Below are positions 20,324 to 28,521 of a stretch of DNA of 64,000 nt, one piece after another. Source of the stretch: Terracidiphilus sp. Lineage in GTDB: Bacteria; Acidobacteriota; Terriglobia; Terriglobales; Acidobacteriaceae. The translations under genes and the position numbers were made by a program. The notes below the pieces were generated by a model. That model had not been told where the DNA came from and did no database searches. It saw nothing but the letters and a program-made list of their open reading frames with translations. The DNA lies in contig JBELAI010000002.1 in assembly GCA_049508975.1 (NCBI GenBank), positions 29,594 to 93,593 on the forward strand, read 5' to 3'. How positions within the stretch are numbered: position 1 is the stretch's first letter; the number at the start of each line of letters is the position of its first letter.

Positions 20324-22828
20324 GTGAATCGATCAATCAGACGTCTTTGTGTTTCTCTTTTGGTGGGAGTGGTTGTGCTAGCGAGCCGGACAGACGCGAA
20401 TGGGCAGGCACGACCGAATGCGCCCAATGGAGCACCAACACTCGGCTCGATTCGCGGGAAGTCGCTGTCGGCCAGTATTGATTCCGATGGCTCGTACGCG
20501 ATCGCGCTCACTAGTCTTCCTGGCGCGGTGCTGCGCTCCAAAGTAGAAGCGGACGTAAACGATGGGGAACTGCAATCGTCCGCATACCCTCAGCACGAGA
20601 TTGCGCAGTCGGAGTTTCACGACGAATTCGGCTCGGGGTCGAAGCTCACAGTAACGCACACCGGATTGCCGGGCAAGCCTGACCTGGTTTGCTCTATCCG
20701 CCTTTACCAGGAGCAAACCTGGGGCGACATTGCAGTCGAGGTGGTCAACACGACGGACAAAGCCGTGACCGTGCAGGCCATTCGTAGCGTTGAGACATCA
20801 GACCCTCAAGGCATTAATCTGAACGGCCCGGAATCTGCCGACCGGGTTTTATCGGATAGTTATAGCGAGGACAGACCGCAACTGGCGATTCATGACCTGG
20901 GAGCAGCGCCCAAAGGAGTGCTTCGTGCGGTGGGAAGCCAGCTGATCTATAACGGCAAGAGCGGCGAGAGTCTGTTCCTTGGCGTACTCACCAGCGACCG
21001 CCTGTTAACTATCTTTCATCTCAAGGAACAAGGCACAGGCTCGGACGCGAAGATCGTTTCCTACGAAGCGGCGTCAACGGGAACAACGGAAATCATGAAA
21101 GAGGAATCGCTCAGGCATTCTCCTCCCGCTGAGCGGGTGAGCCTGAGTCTTCCGGTCGAACCGGGGGCAAGATTGTCTTCGGAGCGTCTCATGTTCGCCG
21201 TTGGGACGGACTATCACGCGCAACTGGAGCAGTACGGGCACGCGATCAAGCTGCTGCACAAGGCTCGCGTCGATGCGCCGACTCCAATTGGATGGTGGAG
21301 CTGGACGGCTTATTATTTTGGGCTCAACCAGGGGGCTGCGATTACCACTGCAGAGTGGCTGGCTGAGAATCTCAAGAACAGCGGCTACAAGTATTTTCAA
21401 ATCGACGAGGGATATCAATACGCGCGCGGAGAATACTCGACGCCGGATGCGAATCTTTTCCCCCGCGGGCTGGTCTACGTTGCAGATGCGGTGCGCGGCA
21501 ACGGCCTGACGTTTGGAGTGTGGACAGCGCCATTTGAAGTATCGGAACGTGCGTGGGTCTATCAGAATCACAAAGACTGGTTGCTGCATAACGCAGCTGG
21601 CCAGCTTATTCATATCGGCGATGTGACCGAGCACAAAGATTTGCTGTATGTGCTGGACACAACCAACCCCGGCGCGCAGGAATATCTCAAACAGACCTAC
21701 AGCGCGCTCTATAACTGGGGTGTCCGCTTCATCAAGATGGACTTCATGGACGACACGGCGGTTGAAGGTGCATACTACCGTCCCAACACGACAGCGCTTG
21801 AGGCTCAGCGCATTGGCCTCGACATCATTCGCAAGACCATGGGCGAAGACGTAGTGCTCGATAAAGACGGGAGCGTCATGCTCAATCCCGTCGGTTATGT
21901 GGACACTGGACGCATCTCGCAGGACACGGGACACACATTCGGAGCTTCCCGCGATGCAGCTTCAGGAATTGCCGCGCGCTATTACATGAATCGCAATTTC
22001 TTCATTGCCGATCCCGACGCTTTCAGTGTTTCCACGCAGACGGTCGACGACCAAACCTGGCACGGCGGACGAAAACCGCTGACACTGGAAGAAGCAAAGG
22101 TCTCGATTGCACTGTCCGCGGTCTCCGGCGGAATGTTCGAGCTTGGAGACGATCTCCCGACCCTGGGATCTTCAGCGGAGCGGTTGGCACTGGTAAAGAA
22201 CACTGAGCTGATCGACATGGCGCGCCTCGGCCATTCATCCACACCTGTCGACTTGTTGACCTATGCGGAAAGCGATGTTCAACCAAGTGTATTCCTGCTC
22301 AAAGAAGACAATCGGCAGTCGATCCTCACCGTCTTCAATTGGAGCGAAGGTGAACTGAAGCGAAACCTGCGCTTTGCCGACCTGGGCTTAAAAGAACCGG
22401 GGAAGTACCAAATCACTGAAGTCTTCGGAGACAAAAGCTGTTGCAGCCCTTCAGGCGATGCGATCGATCTTGTTCAGCCGGCCCACTCCGTACGCATGTT
22501 CAAACTGGTGGAAGACGGCATTCAAGCTGCGCCGCCTTCGTTCGAGGTCCGTTCTGCAACCAACGCGAAAGCAGGGGAGACGATGACCTTCAGTGCCGAT
22601 GGCGTGGCGGGCCAGGAGCCCGTGCTCACGTGCCATTGGGACTTCGGCGACGGATCATCTGAGGACGGGATAAAGGTTCAACACGCCTACACACAATCCG
22701 GTGAGTATACGGTGCGGGTAACAGCAACGGGCCTTGAGGCAATCACGAGTTCCAAAACCGTTACTGTGAAAATCTCCGGCAATATCGCGACGCGATTTGT
22801 TCCAGCTAACAAGAAGCGACCCGAGTAA
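20324..22828 (+). CDS. Secreted alpha-galactosidase (GH36/clan D) with C-terminal PKD domain
   Basis: GWWSW, QIDEGYQ, FPRGL, GVWTAPF, LDTTNP, FIKMDF nucleophile, RISQDT; WDFGDG-H-Y-SGEYTV PKD; AAGGAG RBS. Confidence 0.88.
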   Translation: MNRSIRRLCVSLLVGVVVLASRTDANGQARPNAPNGAPTLGSIRGKSLSASIDSDGSYAIALTSLPGAVLRSKVEADVNDGELQSSAYPQHEIAQSEFHDEFGSGSKLTVTHTGLPGKPDLVCSIRLYQEQTWGDIAVEVVNTTDKAVTVQAIRSVETSDPQGINLNGPESADRVLSDSYSEDRPQLAIHDLGAAPKGVLRAVGSQLIYNGKSGESLFLGVLTSDRLLTIFHLKEQGTGSDAKIVSYEAASTGTTEIMKEESLRHSPPAERVSLSLPVEPGARLSSERLMFAVGTDYHAQLEQYGHAIKLLHKARVDAPTPIGWWSWTAYYFGLNQGAAITTAEWLAENLKNSGYKYFQIDEGYQYARGEYSTPDANLFPRGLVYVADAVRGNGLTFGVWTAPFEVSERAWVYQNHKDWLLHNAAGQLIHIGDVTEHKDLLYVLDTTNPGAQEYLKQTYSALYNWGVRFIKMDFMDDTAVEGAYYRPNTTALEAQRIGLDIIRKTMGEDVVLDKDGSVMLNPVGYVDTGRISQDTGHTFGASRDAASGIAARYYMNRNFFIADPDAFSVSTQTVDDQTWHGGRKPLTLEEAKVSIALSAVSGGMFELGDDLPTLGSSAERLALVKNTELIDMARLGHSSTPVDLLTYAESDVQPSVFLLKEDNRQSILTVFNWSEGELKRNLRFADLGLKEPGKYQITEVFGDKSCCSPSGDAIDLVQPAHSVRMFKLVEDGIQAAPPSFEVRSATNAKAGETMTFSADGVAGQEPVLTCHWDFGDGSSEDGIKVQHAYTQSGEYTVRVTATGLEAITSSKTVTVKISGNIATRFVPANKKRPE

Positions 22829-22886
22829 CAGCTGAACCGCTATTCATGCCGAGTGCCCCGGAACCTGCCAGAGTTTTTTGGTCGTG

Positions 22887-24155
22887 CTAGTTTCCGCATG
22901 CCGCCGCGTAAGGCCGCAGCACTCCGCGGATGCGGTGGATGATGAGTGAATGCGCATCGGGTTTCAATGTGCCGGCGCGCACGGCCCGATATTCATCTGG
23001 AAGATAGCAACTCAGCAACGTTTCCGGAATTGACTTGGCTTCAAGATTTGCCATCAGCACATCCACCGCTTCTATTACGCGCGGCTCTTGCCAGTAGTAG
23101 CGCACGCGGTCGCTGTAACTGTAGCGGCGTAGCAGATGCGCGGCCTGCTCATTGCCCGTGTAGTGGTGTTGCCAGTTCGCCGGCTTGTCAAGCATTACGC
23201 GCTCCAACACATCCACCAGGTGCGAACACTGCCAGTGTGGTACAAATTCAGCCTCGATCTGCGCGAGAGCGGTCAAAGCTTCTCGCATCGCAAAGGTCAG
23301 CGCGGGTCCGACCTTGAGAATGGCAAAACCGTCCCGCACTAACTGGCGATATGCCTCGGGGCACTGATAGTCAGTCGAATGTGCCTCGTAAACCAGACCT
23401 TCTTCTTTGTCGAGAAGTGCGGTCAGATGCCCGGCTCGCGATGGATCGTAATCGACCACGCTGTCGTGATTGAATTCGACTCCCGGTTGCACAACCAGTG
23501 CGATCACCCGCGGCCAGACATCCGCCAGCCCGGCTTGGGTGAAGACTCTGCGGTGAATGGCCAGCGTTTCGGCGGCGGCTTCCCGGCTCGTCACGGCGAG
23601 TTCATTCAGACTTTCAGTTGCTCCGCCAGGTGTGGGCACTTCGGTACCGATGACATACACTGGCTTTTGCTCGCCGCAGGCTCGCTCGGCGACTGCGCAG
23701 AGAGTGGCAGCGCGGGCAGCGATTGTCTCTCCGGAGAGGGGTTCAGGATCGTCGCCGCAAGCCATACTGGCATCGAGATGAATCTTCTGGAAGCCCGCTC
23801 GGACGTAGGCCTCGACCGTCTGCTCGGCTTGCTCCATGGCCACCGTCGCGTTTTCCCGCTGCCAGGGATTAGGCCCAAGATGATCTCCGCCGAGGATCAA
23901 CCGCGCCTCATCGAAGCCCTTGCTGGCAGCGATTCCCACAACACGCCGCCGAAAATCTTCAGGCAGCATGCCAGTGTAGCCGCCCAGATGGTTGACCTGG
24001 TTGGACGTGGCTTCAATCAGCAGATCGGACCCATCCTCGACTGCCTGATCGAACGCTGCTTCAAGCACCCAGGGATGGGCGGAGCAGACGGAATAGATTC
24101 CGCGCGGTTGAAGCTGGCGACGCCCAACGGCTAATTGCCGCAAGATTTTAGACAC
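22887..24155 (-). CDS. agaZ: AgaZ/KbaZ/GatZ-family protein (likely tagatose-6-phosphate 4-epimerase)
   Basis: GIYSVCSAHP, IEATSNQVN-GGYTG, GGDHLGP, HLDAS, YVIGTEVP-PGG, VVQPGVEF, EAHSTDYQ, LKVGPALT; GGAGG RBS then GTG 24155. Confidence 0.92.
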   Translation of the reverse strand: MSKILRQLAVGRRQLQPRGIYSVCSAHPWVLEAAFDQAVEDGSDLLIEATSNQVNHLGGYTGMLPEDFRRRVVGIAASKGFDEARLILGGDHLGPNPWQRENATVAMEQAEQTVEAYVRAGFQKIHLDASMACGDDPEPLSGETIAARAATLCAVAERACGEQKPVYVIGTEVPTPGGATESLNELAVTSREAAAETLAIHRRVFTQAGLADVWPRVIALVVQPGVEFNHDSVVDYDPSRAGHLTALLDKEEGLVYEAHSTDYQCPEAYRQLVRDGFAILKVGPALTFAMREALTALAQIEAEFVPHWQCSHLVDVLERVMLDKPANWQHHYTGNEQAAHLLRRYSYSDRVRYYWQEPRVIEAVDVLMANLEAKSIPETLLSCYLPDEYRAVRAGTLKPDAHSLIIHRIRGVLRPYAAACGN

Positions 24156-24228
24156 TGTTGTTCCTCCATCCGGCAGCAATAATCATTGATCGGAATGAAG
24201 CCAGTCACGCAGAGAGCTTGGGTCTTCA

Positions 24229-24296
24229 CTTTCAATCGAAACGCGCCATTCAAGACAATTCTATAATAAGTGAAAACAATCGAAACAAAGAAAGTC
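24229..24296. promoter_or_regulatory. Candidate AgaR operators (tandem/inverted TTTC-GAAA units)
   Basis: CTTTCAATCGAAAC and GTGAAAACAATCGAAACAAAGAAAGT in the agaZ-agaR divergent region; resembles the CTTTC core known for AgaR. Confidence 0.5.
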
Positions 24297-24493
24297 AAAA
24301 AAACAAAGGCGGAGTAGAGGCAACGAATCAATAAAGGCCAGAGGATCGTTCAATGTGAGCTAAAAGCTCGACCCCATACTCTTTTGATGTAGATCGCAAT
24401 CAAGAGGTCAGACGATTCCGTTTTTCTTCGCATCGGAGCGTTTCTCCGGCTAGACTGTTAATTGTAAGTTGAGCAACAAAAACGAGGGACCAA

Positions 24494-25351
24494 ATGGCGA
24501 AAGAGACTGCTATCCCTGAACCCTTCAACGGCGCGATGGCGCGCGAAGCGGCCAGCAGCTCGTCCTCACCGGAAGCTCCTATCGAGGGGCTGATGGCGGA
24601 GGAGCGGCGGACGCAGATCTTGCAGATCGTGCGCACTACGGGGCGTGCGAAGGTCAATGAACTCACCCACCTTTTTAACACTTCCGCAGTCACCATTCGC
24701 AACGACCTGAACGAATTGCATCAGCGCGGCCTGGTGGTGCGTTCGCATGGGGGTGCAATGCTTTCCGACAGCATCCTGCGCGAACCGCCCGTGCTGGAAC
24801 GTCTGAAGGAGCATTCGGATGAAAAGCAGCGCATCGGCATTCGCGCCGCGGCCCTCATCAACGACGGCGAGACTGTCATTCTCGATTCCGGCACCACCAC
24901 CCTGGAGATTGCGCGCCACTTGAAAAAGAAACAGGGATTGCATGTCATCACCAACGGGGTCAACATTGCGGTCGAATTGCTGGATGCTCGAGACGTTCAG
25001 ACTTTCATTATCGGGGGAACTGTGCGCGGAGAATCAGCCTCCATTAGCGGACGTTTCAGCGAAGAGATGTTCGATCAGTTCTCGGCGGACAAGCTGTTCC
25101 TGAGCGGAGCCGGATGCGATCTGGAATTTGGTGTCAGCGGAGCAAATCTTGAGGAGACGATGGTGAACCGTGCCATGCTTCGGATCTCACGAGAGATCAT
25201 TCTCGTGGCTGACGCCAGCAAGTTCTCCAAGCGCAGTATGACCCGCATTGCTCCTTTTTCCGAGATCGATACCGTAATCAGCGATACCGGGCTGTCTGAA
25301 GAGATTCAGGCTAAGTTGTCTGCCCTGGGCTGCAATCTGATTCTGGTGTAG
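24494..25351 (+). CDS. agaR: DeoR/GlpR-family repressor (AgaR-like)
   Basis: ERRTQIL, SAVTIRNDLNEL, RSHGGA, LDSGTTT, ADASKF; divergent from agaZ. Confidence 0.88.
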   Translation: MAKETAIPEPFNGAMAREAASSSSSPEAPIEGLMAEERRTQILQIVRTTGRAKVNELTHLFNTSAVTIRNDLNELHQRGLVVRSHGGAMLSDSILREPPVLERLKEHSDEKQRIGIRAAALINDGETVILDSGTTTLEIARHLKKKQGLHVITNGVNIAVELLDARDVQTFIIGGTVRGESASISGRFSEEMFDQFSADKLFLSGAGCDLEFGVSGANLEETMVNRAMLRISREIILVADASKFSKRSMTRIAPFSEIDTVISDTGLSEEIQAKLSALGCNLILV

Positions 25352-25370
25352 CGAACCGCTCTTCGTGCAT

Positions 25371-26549
25371 CAGGGCCGACGCATATCAAATCCCCAGTAA
25401 TTTGAGTAAGTAGGGTTGATTCCATGCGGCTTTGAGTCTTTTTCCCTTGATGCCGCGTTTGAAAGTAGTTTCCTGTTTGAGCAGGTTCATCGCTAGGCGA
25501 TTGAGCAGGGAGAAGTTTTGCGCGGCGTTTCCTGCTCGTTTTCGATCCAGATCTTCGCCAAAGCCTACGTCGAGCACCCAGTGCAGCTTGTTTTCGATGC
25601 CCCAGTGCTGGCGGATCACCCGGTTCAGCAGTGCCGCATCGGGCCTGAGGCTGGTGATGTAGTAACGGATTTCGCGCTCGGTCTTGCCTGTGGCCTTGTG
25701 GTAACGCTCGCTTTCAATGCGCACCAGCCCCTTGAGCGATGCCCATTCCAAAGCTTTGTCGACCATGCTCAAGTCGGCGATCACTGAGCAGCGCCGTTGC
25801 TCAACGCGCCCGTGTCCGCAGTCGATTTCTTCGCTGACCGCGTCTGCGTTCAACAGCAGAAGTGACTCTCTAACCTGTTCGGCCAGCAGTCCCTGATTGC
25901 CCTTGACCGCCAGCACATAGTCAGCCTTCTTTTCGATAATCAGGCTGGCGATCTCGCGTTGGCAGCCCATGGCATCGACCGTCACCACGGTACCCGCCAG
26001 TTCAAGCGCGTTCAATAGTTTAGGAATCGCGGTGATCTCGTTGGACTTCTCATCCACCTTGCGCTGGGCCAGCACCAGGTTGTTGGCGCTGGCCCAGGCC
26101 GAAACCATGTGCACAAGAGTCTTCTTGCCCGCCTCGCGTGTACCGCAAAGCGTTTTGCCATCGATGGCTACCACTTCGCCCGCAGTCAGTTTAGCAATCG
26201 ATGAAACCCACGCCACGAAGCCTCGTTCCATCTCCTCAGGGTCCAGCGCCGCAAACACCCGGTTGAACGTATCGTGCGACGGAATGCCCGACGGAAGCGT
26301 CAAAAACGCCTGCAACCACTCGCGCTTGTCCTCCCCGAAATCCGCAATGTCGTTCCAGCTCTCGGCACCGCTCAGTACCGCCGCGATGGCGATCAGAAGA
26401 ATCTCTTCCAGCAGATGTTCCCGGTTCCGTTCTATGCGAGGATCGCGTAATTCAGAAAAATACTTCAGGGGATTGTCCATCTCCCCTTCTTACCTATTTC
26501 CTGCTCCCTGCATATAGCAACCTATGGACATTTATATGCGTCGGCCCTG
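25371..26549 (-). mobile_element. ISAs1-family insertion sequence, 1179 bp, intact
   Basis: Perfect 16-bp TIRs CAGGGCCGACGCATAT (25371-25386 and 26534-26549); 10-bp direct repeat CTTCGTGCAT at 25361-25370 and 26550-26559. Confidence 0.96.
25386..26480 (-). CDS. ISAs1-family (H-repeat) DDE transposase
   Basis: GIPSHDTF, AIDGKT, KSNEITAIP, DAMGCQ, HGRVE, HWGIENKLHWVLDV. Confidence 0.96.
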   Translation of the reverse strand: MDNPLKYFSELRDPRIERNREHLLEEILLIAIAAVLSGAESWNDIADFGEDKREWLQAFLTLPSGIPSHDTFNRVFAALDPEEMERGFVAWVSSIAKLTAGEVVAIDGKTLCGTREAGKKTLVHMVSAWASANNLVLAQRKVDEKSNEITAIPKLLNALELAGTVVTVDAMGCQREIASLIIEKKADYVLAVKGNQGLLAEQVRESLLLLNADAVSEEIDCGHGRVEQRRCSVIADLSMVDKALEWASLKGLVRIESERYHKATGKTEREIRYYITSLRPDAALLNRVIRQHWGIENKLHWVLDVGFGEDLDRKRAGNAAQNFSLLNRLAMNLLKQETTFKRGIKGKRLKAAWNQPYLLKLLGI

Positions 26550-26604
26550 CTTCGTGCATCGATTAAAGTTATTGCAATTGCGGCGCAAAGATATACTCGA
26601 AGAT

Positions 26605-27000
26605 ATGCGGATTTTGTCATTGACTATCGTTATCTTGTCGAGTTTCGTGATGGTTTGTCCCCGGTCGGGAAGCGCCCAAAGCGCATCGGCGGCAGTTGCG
26701 CCCTCGGAGATCTCAGCGGACCTGGGCACCTGCTCCGCGCTAATCGCCGTGACTGGCGCCGATTCCAAACCGATCTACTCCGCAAAGGTCAACACGCGCA
26801 TCCGGTACGGCCCGCTGGGCGTGAAAAAGCTCGACCTTGAAGCCTTCACGGGTGCGGACGGTCAACTGAAGATTACCAACCTGCCCGAGGATCTGAAGAA
26901 GCCTATGTATATCTATATTCAAAAGGACAATAAGCGGGAGAGCGTCGAATTCAGGCCCGATATGCGTTGCCGCGCGGTATTCAACGTGCAACTGAAGTAA
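26605..27000 (+). CDS. Secreted hypothetical protein
   Basis: Signal peptide from ATG 26605 (the track's 26524 start lies inside the IS); TATACT ends 8 nt upstream. Confidence 0.65.
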   Translation: MRILSLTIVILSSFVMVCPRSGSAQSASAAVAPSEISADLGTCSALIAVTGADSKPIYSAKVNTRIRYGPLGVKKLDLEAFTGADGQLKITNLPEDLKKPMYIYIQKDNKRESVEFRPDMRCRAVFNVQLK

Positions 27001-27312
27001 GGAGACGCCAACCGCGGTTCATTCTGGACTGTTGTTGGCACGGACACTGATGAGCGAGGGAAGCATCGTGGCTCGTTCCTGACTCGTGCCCGACTTGATG
27101 ACCATCTCTCGTATGCCTTCAAAGTTCTTCATCGCTACGACGCTGTCGAATATTCGGTTCAAACGTGGGTCATTCCCAATGAATAGGTTCTTTTGTGTCA
27201 TGGAGTGCGCGATCGCACTAAAACTTCGTGACCAATACCAAAGTATCAATCTGAAACTTCGTTCAGTTGAATACAATTGGTCAGTCAGCAGAATGTCTTG
27301 AGGCAGGTGAAC

Positions 27313-28518
27313 ATGACCAGCCTATCAAAACGCGGTCTATTGATCGGTGGAGTGCTTGGTCTAGGCGTGATCGCGTTGATCGCAGGTGCTGTTCACCCAT
27401 TCCGTCATGCATCCGCAACGGCCACGGCAACTCCCCCAATCGTTGAGGTCATTCAGACCGAGCAGAAGGACGTGCCGATCTACGGCGAATGGATCGGCAC
27501 ACTCGATGGGTTAGTAAACGCCGATGTGAGAGCCCAAGTAACCGGGTATCTGTTGAAACAGGGTTATCAGGAAGGCTCGTTCGTCAAAAAAGGCCAGCTC
27601 CTGTTTCAAATCGACCCGAGGCCATTTCAGGCGGCTCTCGATCAAGCTGAGGGACAACTGCAACAAGCGAAGGCCATGTTGGCGAATGCGGAGGCAGTGC
27701 AGGGCCGGACGGAACTCGACGTGAAACGCTACACACCGCTGGCACGTGAGCAGGCAGCGAGCCAGCAGGACCTCGACAATGCCGTTCAGAACAATCTGGC
27801 CGCTCTGGCCACGGTGCAAACCGAAAAGGCACAGATCAAGACCGATGAAGCCGCGGTTGAAACGGCGAAGATCAATCTCGAATTTACGAGCCTTGTTGCG
27901 CCCATCGACGGGATAGCCGGCCAGGCCCTGCTTCAGGTGGGCGCACTCGTAACACCCGCCAGCGGTACGGTTACTTCCATTTCGACCGTCGATCCCATCA
28001 AGGTTTACTTCACGGTGAGTGAGCCCCAGTATCTCGCATGGCGCAAGCGATTTCCCTCGGAAACCAGCCGCGAAGCCGCCGACAAAGCACTTCGACTTCA
28101 GCTAATCCTGGCGGATGGATCCACTTACGAGCACGAAGGTCAATTCTACTTTGCGGATCGCCAGGTGGATGAAGGCACCGGCGCGATTCGCCTCGCCGGA
28201 CTCTTTTCGAATCCCGATAACATACTGCGCCCCGGCGGCTATGGGAGGGTCCGAGCGGTCATCCGCGTACAACCTGGCGCTTTGCTGGTGCCTCAACGCG
28301 CAGTGTCGGAGTTACAGGGGGGGTATCAGATAGCCGTAGTTGGCGGCGACAACAAAGTAGCGATTCGCACCGTGAAGATCGGCGATGCCTTCGGCTCGGA
28401 CCGAATCGTGACCGAAGGGTTGAATCCACGAGAGCGTGTGGTTGCCGAAGGCATCCAGAAGGTGCGTCCAGGGATGCTGGTGGATCCGATTCCGTTCAAC
28501 GGAAGCAACGGTAGGTGA
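27313..28518 (+). CDS. RND efflux periplasmic adaptor (MFP)
   Basis: VRAQVTGYL, EGSFVKKGQLLFQIDPRPF, APIDG, LRPG, VPQRAV. Confidence 0.93.
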   Translation: MTSLSKRGLLIGGVLGLGVIALIAGAVHPFRHASATATATPPIVEVIQTEQKDVPIYGEWIGTLDGLVNADVRAQVTGYLLKQGYQEGSFVKKGQLLFQIDPRPFQAALDQAEGQLQQAKAMLANAEAVQGRTELDVKRYTPLAREQAASQQDLDNAVQNNLAALATVQTEKAQIKTDEAAVETAKINLEFTSLVAPIDGIAGQALLQVGALVTPASGTVTSISTVDPIKVYFTVSEPQYLAWRKRFPSETSREAADKALRLQLILADGSTYEHEGQFYFADRQVDEGTGAIRLAGLFSNPDNILRPGGYGRVRAVIRVQPGALLVPQRAVSELQGGYQIAVVGGDNKVAIRTVKIGDAFGSDRIVTEGLNPRERVVAEGIQKVRPGMLVDPIPFNGSNGR

Positions 28519-28521
28519 GCG

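Noticed and set aside
26524-26604. ORF start inside the IS end suggesting a fusion gene
   Set aside because: Chance open frame; the signal peptide starts at 26605.
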